DNA from: Candidatus Latescibacterota bacterium | GTDB taxonomy: Bacteria > Latescibacterota > UBA2968 > UBA8231 | Direction: 5' to 3' | Length of the DNA stretch: 64,000 bases | NCBI GenBank assembly: GCA_964291625.2 | Contig: OZ220089.1 | Span: forward strand, 2,880,001 to 2,944,000 | Shown here: positions 54,357-63,028 of the stretch, one piece after another | Numbering within the stretch: position 1 is the first letter of the stretch | Layout: each line of letters opens with the position of its first letter | Program-made: the position numbers and the translations under genes | Notes under the pieces: generated by a model | Told to the model about the DNA's origin: nothing | Seen by the model: only the letters and a program-made list of their open reading frames with translations | The model's database searches: none

Positions 54357-55895
54357 ATGGCCGGGAGACCGTACCGGATCATCTACAACTGGGACGGGGC
54401 GCCCCACCACTACGACGAGCACCCCCAGTCGATGGAGGCCTTCCTGCGGAAGACCTACGCGCCGCTGGCCGGCACCCAGGTGGACGCCCTGTTCTGGTGC
54501 ATGGGCACCCACGAGGCGACCTGGGCATCCGACGACCTGCCCGTGAAGGGCGACTCCGTGGGCCGGATCTACGACAGCGTGCTGGTCATGCGGGACACGG
54601 AGAACCTGCGGGCCATGCTCGAAGGGGGCGAGGACCCGTACGCCGCCATGGTCGCCCGGGGCCGCGAGCTGGGGATCGACGTCTGGCCTTCGATCCGCAT
54701 GAACGACCAGCACTTCTGGCAGATCCAGGACCTGGAGACGATGCAGCGCTCCACGGTCAACGAGATGACGGACCTGCGGAAGGAGCATCCCGAGTGGTGC
54801 CTGGGGGAGCACGCCCCGGGCTGGTGCGCCACCTCGTGGAACATGGCCGTCCCCGAGGTGCGGGCCCACAAGCTCGAGATGATCTCCCAGGCCTGCCGGC
54901 TCGCCGACTGGGACGGCGTCGAGCTGGACTGGCAGCGCCACGCCTTCCACCTGCCCGCCAACCACGAGTACCGCCTGCGTTACGCCCTCACCGACCTGCA
55001 GCGGGCGGTGCGCCGCATGACCCGGGAGCTGGGCGAGGAGCGGGGCCGGCCCTTCCCCGTGGCCGTCCGCGTCGCCGCCACCCTGGAGGCCTGCCGCCGT
55101 ATCGGCTACGACGTCGAGACCTGGGTCGACGAGGGCCTGTGCGACATCCTCATCGGCGCCGGCAACTCCGGCACCGACCCGTGCTTCGAGACCGGGGAGT
55201 TCCTGAGGCTCGTGGAGGGCACGGGGATCCAGGTCTATCCGGGCTTCGACTTCGACTCCCGGCAGCAGGGAGCCCGCCTGATCCCCCACGACCGCTGGCG
55301 GGACCGCTGGTTCGCCGGCATGGCCCAGGCACACCTCGACCGCGGCGCCCACGGCGTCTACGTCTTCAACTGGCACGCCGACGAGACCATGCGCCGGGAG
55401 TCGCTGACGACGATCGGCGCTGCCGAAACCCTCCGCGGCCTCGACAAGGCCTACACCGCCGTCCATCGCAGCATCGGTACCAATCCGCTGCGCAAGGACG
55501 CCGAGCGCGACGACCGCCTCTACGGCGAGGTCCCCGTCGACCTGCACCGCACCCTGACCGGGGACGGCCCGGTCTTCCACCTCTCGACCCACGATCCCGG
55601 CGCCGCGGGCGCGCAGCTGCTGATCGAGATGGAGCACTGGTCCCCCACCGGCGACGAGGTGGCCGTCACCCTGGACGGCGCCGCCCTGGGCGCGCCCGAG
55701 GTGCGCAACCAGGCCGCCGAGGACCCCCAGGTCCCCGCCGACGTCGACGAGAACAGCTGGCTCGTGTGGGACCTGGACCCGGCCCGGGCCGCCTCCGGCG
55801 ACCACGAGATCCAGATCGTCCTCGTGAAGCGGGACCCGCGGATACGTCCGCCCCTCACCGTGGCCAACGTCGAGATCTGGACGAGCCATGGCTGA
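54357..55895 (+). CDS. GHL10-like TIM-barrel protein, paralog 2
   Basis: GGGAG RBS; colinear with paralog 1 (IYNWDG, GTQVDALFW, SIRMND, HPEWC, DGVELDWQRH, GVYVFNW). Confidence 0.65.
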   Translation: MAGRPYRIIYNWDGAPHHYDEHPQSMEAFLRKTYAPLAGTQVDALFWCMGTHEATWASDDLPVKGDSVGRIYDSVLVMRDTENLRAMLEGGEDPYAAMVARGRELGIDVWPSIRMNDQHFWQIQDLETMQRSTVNEMTDLRKEHPEWCLGEHAPGWCATSWNMAVPEVRAHKLEMISQACRLADWDGVELDWQRHAFHLPANHEYRLRYALTDLQRAVRRMTRELGEERGRPFPVAVRVAATLEACRRIGYDVETWVDEGLCDILIGAGNSGTDPCFETGEFLRLVEGTGIQVYPGFDFDSRQQGARLIPHDRWRDRWFAGMAQAHLDRGAHGVYVFNWHADETMRRESLTTIGAAETLRGLDKAYTAVHRSIGTNPLRKDAERDDRLYGEVPVDLHRTLTGDGPVFHLSTHDPGAAGAQLLIEMEHWSPTGDEVAVTLDGAALGAPEVRNQAAEDPQVPADVDENSWLVWDLDPARAASGDHEIQIVLVKRDPRIRPPLTVANVEIWTSHG

Positions 55896-57033
55896 GTCCG
55901 CGAGACCCCCGTACCGCGCCGCCATCATCGGGGCCGGCCGCATGGGCGGTCTCCTCGAGGACGAGCAGCCGCCCAACACCTTCCGCAAGCCCCACGGCCA
56001 CTTCGCCGCGTACTCCGCCGTCGACGAGACGCAGGTCGTGGCCGTGGCCGGCCGCCGGCCCGGGCGGCTGAAGCTGTTCACCGAGCGCTTCGGCATCGCC
56101 AACACCTATCTCGACTACCGCGAGATGATCGAGAAGGAGAAGCCGGAGATCGTCAGCGTCACCACCCAGTCCCGGTACCGCGCCGAGGCGATCCTCTTCG
56201 CCATCGAGCACGGCGTCCGCGGCATCTACGCCGAGAAGGCCCTGTGCGCCTCTCTCGCCGAGGCGGATGCCATCGCCGCGGCCTGCCGGTCGAAGGGCGT
56301 GGCCTTCAACTTCGGGGCCGAGCGCCGCTACCACGACGGGTTCGTGCGTCTGCGGCGGGCCATCGAAGCCGGCGACATCGGCCAGCCCCAGTTCGCCTTC
56401 ACCTACTGGTGCACCGACCTGATGAAGCACCACTCCCACTCCTTCGACACGGTGGCCATGCTCCTCGGGGACCCGGCGCCGGTCTGGGCCGAGGGGCGGC
56501 TCGTGGAGCCGGGGGATCCCCTCGACCCCGGGGAGACCCGTATGGGCCCCCGCGAGGGGGACGAGATGACCCGTCAGCCCCTGCCGGTCCCGGCCTACGA
56601 CCCGGAGGGCCACTGCTTCGTCCCCCCCGAGGGCACTCGCTACGCCGAGCCCGTCCTGGAGTTCGCCCGCGTCGGCTACGCCGGCGGCACCGAGTCGGTC
56701 TTCGTGCCGCGGCTCGGGGCGACCGAGTTCGAGGTCCACGGCGACCAGGGGCGGGTCTGGGCCTGGGACGACGGCGCCGACTTCCGCGTGCGGCGCCGCG
56801 CCGAGGGAGGCTGGAAGGAGGAGGTGATCCGGCCCCTGGGCGAGAGTCCCACGGTCGTCATCATCCGCGAGATCGTCCGCGAGCTGGAGACGGGGGAGCG
56901 CACCAGCGGCAACATCGACCGCACCCTGCAGGCGGCCGAGGCCGAGTTTGCCGTGGCCTGCTCCCACCTGCAGGGCGGCGCCCGCATCTCCCTGCCGGTG
57001 GAGGACCGCAGCCTCCGCATCCCCGGCCACTGA
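55888..57033 (+). CDS. Gfo/Idh/MocA-family NAD(P)-dependent oxidoreductase
   Basis: YRAAIIGAGRMG Rossmann motif, YLDYREM, AEKAL, GDIG, HSHSFD. Confidence 0.9.
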   Translation: MAESARPPYRAAIIGAGRMGGLLEDEQPPNTFRKPHGHFAAYSAVDETQVVAVAGRRPGRLKLFTERFGIANTYLDYREMIEKEKPEIVSVTTQSRYRAEAILFAIEHGVRGIYAEKALCASLAEADAIAAACRSKGVAFNFGAERRYHDGFVRLRRAIEAGDIGQPQFAFTYWCTDLMKHHSHSFDTVAMLLGDPAPVWAEGRLVEPGDPLDPGETRMGPREGDEMTRQPLPVPAYDPEGHCFVPPEGTRYAEPVLEFARVGYAGGTESVFVPRLGATEFEVHGDQGRVWAWDDGADFRVRRRAEGGWKEEVIRPLGESPTVVIIREIVRELETGERTSGNIDRTLQAAEAEFAVACSHLQGGARISLPVEDRSLRIPGH

Positions 57034-57049
57034 GGACGCCGCCTCGTCG

Positions 57050-57078
57050 TTGACGGTTCGGTCGGGCTTCGGTACCCT
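57050..57078 (+). promoter_or_regulatory. Sigma70-type promoter inside the cassette
   Basis: TTGACG-N17-TACCCT, followed by a GAGGAG RBS at 57129-57134. Confidence 0.55.
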
Positions 57079-57141
57079 CGATGTCCGTGCCCCCTGGGGC
57101 CCGGGCACGCTGGCCCCGTCCAGCAAGCGAGGAGAGTACGT

Positions 57142-57462
57142 ATGGAACACCTGAGCCCCTGGTTGTCTCCGGCTGCCGTGGTCGCCGTGATGCTGTTCGT
57201 CTGGCGCCGCCTGGACAAGCGGATCGACGACCTGCGAACCGAATTGCGGACCGAGCTGCGTGGCGAAATGAACGGCCTGCGCGGCGAGATGAACGGCCTG
57301 CGCGACGAGCTGCGCGGCGAAATGAACGGCCTGCGCGGCGAGATGAACGGCCTGCGCGACGAGATGCGGGGGGTGTCGGAGCGCCTGGCGCGGCTCGAAG
57401 GCGCCGCCTTCGGCCCCTGGCCTACCCGCTCGCAGGCGGAGACGGCCCCGGAGGCCGACTGA
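57142..57462 (+). CDS. Small membrane-anchored coiled-coil repeat protein
   Basis: N-terminal hydrophobic helix (AAVVAVMLFVW), LRGEMNG repeats, ERLARLEG; strong RBS. Confidence 0.8.
   Translation: MEHLSPWLSPAAVVAVMLFVWRRLDKRIDDLRTELRTELRGEMNGLRGEMNGLRDELRGEMNGLRGEMNGLRDEMRGVSERLARLEGAAFGPWPTRSQAETAPEAD
57253..57360 (+). repeat. Tandem 54-bp repeat (x2) containing nested 21-bp units
   Basis: 57253-57306 and 57307-57360 differ at one base; each encodes ELRGEMNGLRGEMNGLRD. Confidence 0.9.
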
Positions 57463-57556
57463 CGGGCAGGAGATCCGGGGGCCGGTCCCGGGGCCGGTGG
57501 AGGACCGCAGCCCCTAAAATCCCCGGCCACTGAACGCCCACCCCCCAGGAGACAAC

Positions 57557-59098
57557 ATGCCGGACTCCGCCTGGCCGCCGCGCCTGATCTACTACAGCGA
57601 CGCCCACCACTTCCACGCCAAGCGCATCGACCCGCCCCTGAGCCATCACAAGATGCGCTGGCCTGTCGACGAGCTCTCGGGGACCGGCGTCGACCTGCTC
57701 GCCTTCGGCCTCGGCTTCGGCGACGTCTACTTCCACCAGACCCGCATCGGCCGCGTCATCGGCCAGGAGCAGGAGGTCTGGGAGCAGTTCATCAACTGGC
57801 GCATCATGCGCATGGTCCGGGACGCCTCGGCCCTGGGCACCGACCAGCTGCGCGAGGTGATCCGCCACGGCCGGGACGCCGGCATCCGCGTCTTCCCCAG
57901 TCTCAAGCTGCAGGACCCGACCCCCCAGGGCGGCGAGCGCTGCGGCTGGCTCAAGTGGCGCCGGGGCATGGAGGTCACCCTGGGTACGGGGGACGACCGC
58001 TTCCCGAGCCACCAGACGGAGTGGTGCTACGACTACGCCAACCCCGCCGTCCGGGAGGAGAAGCTCAGCCTCGTCCGCGAGGTCCTGGAGGACTACGAGG
58101 CCGACGGCATCGAGCTCGACTTCATGTTCTTCCCCCTCTACTTCCGGCGCTCCGAGACCGAGGCCCACGTGGAGACGATGAACCGCTTCGTCGCCGACGT
58201 GCGGGCCCTGGCGCGCGAGATCGGCGAGGCCCGGTCGCGGACGATCCCGGTCATGGCCCGTGTCTGGCACCGGCGCGACGAGAACCTGGGCCTTGGCCTC
58301 GACGTCGAAGCCTGGCTCGCCGCGGGGGACGTGGACGTCGTCGTCGGCCAGATCCCCAACCTGTTCCTGGACCCGTGCGTCACCGACGGCCGCTGGCTGG
58401 CCGACGCCGCCAACGCCGCGGGAGCGGCCTCCTACCTGCGGCCGGGGCGCCGGCTCGAGGATCCCCGCACCGACATCGCCAACATCGAGATGTTCCGCGC
58501 CTTCGGGCAGACAGCGCGGTGGCAGGGGTTCACGGGGGCGTACCTCGGCTACCTGCCGTGGCCCTTCTCGGACGCCGAGTACCGCATCCTGCGCGAGATG
58601 GCCTTCCCCGAGGCGGCCCTGCGCCACGACAAGCGCTACTTCCTGCCGGAGCGGGAGGAGCTGCCCCCCTACGTGCGGCCCGACGGCCGGCGGCTTCCTC
58701 TCGTCCTCGAGGAGGGCGCCGCCGAGACCGTCTGCATCACCGTGGCCGACGAGATCGAGGCGGCCATCGCCGACGGCGAGATCCGCGACCCCGTGCTCAC
58801 CCTGACCTTCCGGCAGTTCTGCGTGGAGGACGAGGTCGCCTTCCGATTCAACGGCCGGGACCTGCCCGTCGAGGGCAAGGGCATCCACGAGCCCCGGCGC
58901 GGCCTCTACTGGCTGCGGTGGACCCTGGACGCCGGGGAGGTGGTGCAGGGGGAGAACACGGTCGAGCTGGAGATCCTGCGCAAGGAGAGGACCGCCGGCT
59001 TCGAGCGCACCCTCACCGGCGTCGAGATCCACCTGCGCTACACCGAGTTCGACCTCCCCGAGGCCCTCGACCCGGTCAAGATCCCGCCGCCCTCATGA
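57557..59098 (+). CDS. GHL10-like TIM-barrel protein, paralog 3 (more divergent)
   Basis: AGGAG RBS; LIYYSD, GTGVD, PSLKL.D, YDYANPAVRE, DGIELDF, GLDVEAW, C-terminal beta domain (FRFNG, GENTVE). Confidence 0.6.
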   Translation: MPDSAWPPRLIYYSDAHHFHAKRIDPPLSHHKMRWPVDELSGTGVDLLAFGLGFGDVYFHQTRIGRVIGQEQEVWEQFINWRIMRMVRDASALGTDQLREVIRHGRDAGIRVFPSLKLQDPTPQGGERCGWLKWRRGMEVTLGTGDDRFPSHQTEWCYDYANPAVREEKLSLVREVLEDYEADGIELDFMFFPLYFRRSETEAHVETMNRFVADVRALAREIGEARSRTIPVMARVWHRRDENLGLGLDVEAWLAAGDVDVVVGQIPNLFLDPCVTDGRWLADAANAAGAASYLRPGRRLEDPRTDIANIEMFRAFGQTARWQGFTGAYLGYLPWPFSDAEYRILREMAFPEAALRHDKRYFLPEREELPPYVRPDGRRLPLVLEEGAAETVCITVADEIEAAIADGEIRDPVLTLTFRQFCVEDEVAFRFNGRDLPVEGKGIHEPRRGLYWLRWTLDAGEVVQGENTVELEILRKERTAGFERTLTGVEIHLRYTEFDLPEALDPVKIPPPS

Positions 59099-61029
59099 GA
59101 CGGGGGGTCGAGCTGGACCTGCCCACCGTCACCGCCGCGACGGTCACGGCCCCGCCCGCCTGGGCCCTGCTGGAGCGGCGCCTCTTCGAGGTCATGGAAG
59201 AGGCGGCCGAGCTCCGCGTGAGCCGCTACTCGCAGCGCGGCGGCGTGCCCTACTACGCCGACGACCTGGACGACCTCTACGAGATGATCCACAACTGGGG
59301 CCTGTTCTACGCCATGGGGGCGGACGAGCGGGTCCTGGAGCTGGCCCTGCAGCACTGGAACGCCGTGACCCGCTTCGGCGACGACAGCATCGTCAACCGG
59401 GTGCACCCCCGCTTCACCCAGCAGGTCCACCGCGAGTACTACGGCCTCGTCCATCCCGGCGACGCCGAGTGGCACCACGCCGGCGAGGGCAACATGGCCT
59501 TCTACCACCTCTGCCTGGCCGATCCGACGATCTCGGAGAACGTGCGCCGCGCGGTCCAGTTTGCCGGGTTCTATCTCGGCGACGACGAGGCCGCCCCCAA
59601 CTACGACCCGCGCCACAAGGTGCTGCGCTCCCCCTTCCAGACCAGCCAGGGCCCGTGGCTGGAGGCCACTCCCGAGAAGGCCCACGCCTACCTCTACGGG
59701 CCCGCCGAGCTCGGCGGTGAGGTCAACTACTACGGGACGCGCTCCACCCTCTACCCAGTGGTCCCCGACCTGGAGGCGGACTGGTGGAGGGAGCCCCGCC
59801 GCCGCAGGGAGATCGTCCGCCTCTTCGACCGCATCGTCCTCAACGCCGACTCCCCGAACAACCTCGGGGCCACGGCGCTGATCACCAACGCCTACCTGCA
59901 CACGGGGGACTCCCGCTACCGGGACTGGGTGATCGACTACGTCGGCGTCTGGATGGAGCGCATCCGCGCCAACGGCGGCGTCATCCCCGACAACGTGGGA
60001 CCGACCGGCGAGATCGGCGAGCACCGGGACGGCTGCTGGTGGGGCGGCGTCTACGGCTGGAACAGCTACTGCGGCTTCAACATCCTCTTCCACTCGCTGA
60101 CCATCGCCGCCGAGTGCGCCCTGCTGCTCACCGGCGACTACGGCTACCTCGACCTGCTGCGCTCGCAGATGCGGGTACTCATCGACAACGGCATCACCCG
60201 CGAGGACGGCCAGTTCCTGCAGGCGGTGCGCCACGGGCCCGAGGGCTGGGGCCACAAGATGTGGAACCCGGTGACCGGGCTCGACCAGCCGGTGCGCATG
60301 AACGAGCTGGCCCGCCTGTGGCACGCCTCCCTGTCGCGGCAGGACCGCGAGCTGCTCACCTGGGTCAGGGAGCGGGACGTGACCATCGACTGGAGCGCCA
60401 ACGAGGTCGAGGGTCCCGACTTCTACAAGGGGGTCCACGAGTACCCGCGGTTCCAGTACTACGACGGCCGGAACCCCGGCTGGCCGGAGGCGATCCTGCG
60501 GGCCGAGCTGGAGAGCGTCCTCAAGGTCCACCGCGAGCAGGCCGGGGACGAGCGCACCGTGGAGCGGATCATCGAGGACAACCGCTATCCCCAGAATCCC
60601 GTCCACACCAAGGTCCTGACCAACGTGATGATGGGGGCGCCGCAGCCGGTATACCACGGCGGCCTGCTGCGGGCGACGGTGCGCTACTTCGACCCGGGGA
60701 ACGCCCGCCCCGGCATCCCGCGGGACGTGGCCGCCCTTGTGGACCGGCTCGAGGCCGACCGGGTCGGACTGCAGCTGGTCAACCTCGATCCCGCCGCCGG
60801 CCGGCGGGTGGTGGTGCAGGCCGGGGCCTTCGGCGAGCACGCCTTCACCGAGGTCCGCGTCGACGCCGGCGAGTCGACGCAGGTCACGCCGGTGGAGGGA
60901 AAGCACTTCGCCGTGGACCTGCAGCCGGCGTCCGCCATCCGCCTCGAGGCGGGCATGCGCCGCTTCGTCAACGCCCCCTCCCACGCCTTCCCCTGGCACG
61001 GGGACCGCATTCCCGTGCCCTTCCAGTAG
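59095..61029 (+). CDS. Uncharacterised ~650-aa family protein, paralog B
   Basis: ATGA overlap with the upstream gene; PPAWALLER, DDLDDLYE..HNWGLFYAMG, EWHHAGEG, APNYDP, PDNVGP, QAGAFGEH, FPWHG. Confidence 0.75.
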   Translation: MRRGVELDLPTVTAATVTAPPAWALLERRLFEVMEEAAELRVSRYSQRGGVPYYADDLDDLYEMIHNWGLFYAMGADERVLELALQHWNAVTRFGDDSIVNRVHPRFTQQVHREYYGLVHPGDAEWHHAGEGNMAFYHLCLADPTISENVRRAVQFAGFYLGDDEAAPNYDPRHKVLRSPFQTSQGPWLEATPEKAHAYLYGPAELGGEVNYYGTRSTLYPVVPDLEADWWREPRRRREIVRLFDRIVLNADSPNNLGATALITNAYLHTGDSRYRDWVIDYVGVWMERIRANGGVIPDNVGPTGEIGEHRDGCWWGGVYGWNSYCGFNILFHSLTIAAECALLLTGDYGYLDLLRSQMRVLIDNGITREDGQFLQAVRHGPEGWGHKMWNPVTGLDQPVRMNELARLWHASLSRQDRELLTWVRERDVTIDWSANEVEGPDFYKGVHEYPRFQYYDGRNPGWPEAILRAELESVLKVHREQAGDERTVERIIEDNRYPQNPVHTKVLTNVMMGAPQPVYHGGLLRATVRYFDPGNARPGIPRDVAALVDRLEADRVGLQLVNLDPAAGRRVVVQAGAFGEHAFTEVRVDAGESTQVTPVEGKHFAVDLQPASAIRLEAGMRRFVNAPSHAFPWHGDRIPVPFQ

Positions 61030-61039
61030 AGGAGGACGC

Positions 61040-63028
61040 ATGTCCGCTCCTCGGTACGGCCCCTCCATCGCCGCCTCGCAGTTGGCCTCGCCGCCCGAAT
61101 GGGCCCTGCTCCAGCGCCGCCTCATCGAGGTGGGCGAGGAGAACGCGGCCCTCATGGTGGAGAAGCACTGCGCTCCCGGCGGCATGATGTACTACGCCGA
61201 CGACATCGACGACTACTACGAGAAGGTCGACAACTGGAGCGTGTTCTACGCCATGGGCGGCGCCCGCCGGGTCTTCGACGACGCCATGATGATCTGGAAC
61301 GCGTCGACGCGGACCAACGGCCCCCGGGGCAACCCCGTCTTCGGCTGGATGCTGCCCCAGCTCTACAACGAGTACTACTGCCTGGGCCGGCAGGAGGAGT
61401 CGACCTGGGTCCCCGGCCGCCGCATGGTCAACGAGTGGCACCACCACTCCGAGGGGAACATGGCCTTCTACGGCTTCGGCCTCGCCGACCCGGAGATCCC
61501 GGAGAACGTCAACCGCGCCCGCCGCTTCGCGGACATGTTCATCGGCGCCGACCCGGAGGCCCCCAACTGGGACGCCGGCCACCGCATCATCCGCTCCCCC
61601 TTCCCCACCAGCCGCGGACCCGTCTTCGAGGTCACCCTCGAGAACGCCATGGCCGAGCTCCACGGCAGCCGTGTCCACGAGTCCGGGGAGGGGTACCTCT
61701 TCAAGGAGATGGGCACCAAGACGACCCTGCGCCCCCGCCTCGACCGCCTGGAGGAGGGCTGGTGGAAGGAGCCGCCGCGGGCGGCCGAGGTGCTCAAGCT
61801 CTTCAACCGCATGGTCCTCGACGGCGACGTGGCCAACAACCTGGCCGCCTGCAGCCTGGTGACCAACGCCTACCTCTACACGGGCGAGGAGCAGTACAAG
61901 GGGTGGGTCCTCGACTACGTCGAGGCGTGGATGGAGCGCATCCGCAGGAACGACGGCATCATCCCCGACAACATCGGTCCCAACGGCATCATCGGCGAGC
62001 ACCGGGACGGCCAGTGGTGGGGCGGCCTGATGGGCTGGAGCTACTACATGGGCTTCAACATCATCTTCCACGGCCTCGTCTCCGCCGCCGAGTGCGCCCA
62101 GCTGCTCACCGGCGACGCGGGATACCTCGACATCCTCCGCTCCCAGCTCAAGGTCATCGCCGACAACGCGATCACCGGCGACGACGGCCAGCTCCTGATC
62201 CGCTACCGGCACGACCACCGGGGCTGGGTCGACGAGAGCGAGTACGGCCATCTCGGCGCCTCGCCGATGCGGGGCAAGGACCTGGCCCACCTCTGGCACG
62301 CCTCCCTGGCCGAGGAGGACGCCCGGTTGTTCCGGCACTTCCGCGACGGCGAGGTCCGCCGCGACTGGAACGAGATGCTCGGCGCCAGCGAGAAGGACCA
62401 GGGCGACTCGGAGCTGGCCCGCTTCAACTACTACGACGGCCGCAACCCGGACTGGCCGGTGCGGATCCTGCGCCACGAGCTGGACGACGCCCTGCAGCGG
62501 CGGCAGCGGCTGATGGACGAGGACCGCACCCCCCAGGAGCTGGTCGACCAGCACGCCCACCCCGTCAACGGCATCCGCTCCCGCGCCCTCATCCAGACGA
62601 TGCTGGGCTGCCCCCAGATGGTCTACAACGGCAGCCTGCTGCGGGCCACGGTGCGCTACTACGACGCCCGGGCGAAGCGCCCCGGCCTGCCCCCCGAGAC
62701 CGCCGCCCTCGTGGAGGAGATCCGGCCCGACGGCGCCAACCTGCGCCTGGTGAACCTGGGCGCCTCGGACGAGGCCGCGGTGATCGTCCAGGCTGGCGCC
62801 TTCGGCGAGCACGCCTTCACCGGGGCGTCCTGGCGCGAGGGCGAGGAGACCCGGCGCCAGCCGGTGGAAGGCAAGTACCTGACGGTGACGCTGCCGGCGT
62901 CGACCTCGATCCGCCTCGACCTGGGCATGGAGCGCTTCGTCAACACCCCGTCGTACGCCCACCCGTGGCACGAGAAGGGGATTCACGTCGCCTCCGAGCC
63001 GGAGATGCCGCCGGGCTTCCCTCACTGA
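61040..63028 (+). CDS. Uncharacterised ~650-aa family protein, paralog C
   Basis: GAGGAGG RBS; PPEWALLQR, DDIDDYYE..DNW, EWHHHSEG, APNWD, PDNIGP, QAGAFGEH. Confidence 0.75.
   Translation: MSAPRYGPSIAASQLASPPEWALLQRRLIEVGEENAALMVEKHCAPGGMMYYADDIDDYYEKVDNWSVFYAMGGARRVFDDAMMIWNASTRTNGPRGNPVFGWMLPQLYNEYYCLGRQEESTWVPGRRMVNEWHHHSEGNMAFYGFGLADPEIPENVNRARRFADMFIGADPEAPNWDAGHRIIRSPFPTSRGPVFEVTLENAMAELHGSRVHESGEGYLFKEMGTKTTLRPRLDRLEEGWWKEPPRAAEVLKLFNRMVLDGDVANNLAACSLVTNAYLYTGEEQYKGWVLDYVEAWMERIRRNDGIIPDNIGPNGIIGEHRDGQWWGGLMGWSYYMGFNIIFHGLVSAAECAQLLTGDAGYLDILRSQLKVIADNAITGDDGQLLIRYRHDHRGWVDESEYGHLGASPMRGKDLAHLWHASLAEEDARLFRHFRDGEVRRDWNEMLGASEKDQGDSELARFNYYDGRNPDWPVRILRHELDDALQRRQRLMDEDRTPQELVDQHAHPVNGIRSRALIQTMLGCPQMVYNGSLLRATVRYYDARAKRPGLPPETAALVEEIRPDGANLRLVNLGASDEAAVIVQAGAFGEHAFTGASWREGEETRRQPVEGKYLTVTLPASTSIRLDLGMERFVNTPSYAHPWHEKGIHVASEPEMPPGFPH

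Larger units (their letters stand above)
56994..57533. mobile_element. 500-bp direct-repeat-flanked insertion cassette at the 3' end of the Gfo gene
   Basis: GCCGGTGGAGGACCGCAGCC-tccgc-ATCCCCGGCCACTGA (56994-57033) recurs as GCCGGTGGAGGACCGCAGCC-cctaaa-ATCCCCGGCCACTGA (57493-57533). No recombinase is encoded. Confidence 0.65.

Noticed and set aside
53350-54941. 39-nt exact match between GHL10-like paralogs 1 and 2 (53350-53388 and 54903-54941) as a possible DGR or gene-conversion tract
   Set aside because: It encodes the most conserved motif (ADWDGVELDWQRH) under strong codon bias. There is no reverse transcriptase and no adenine-specific mismatch pattern.
57233-57370. Short direct repeats as a possible CRISPR array
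   Set aside because: The repeats are contiguous, in-frame coding units with no unique spacers, and there are no cas genes.
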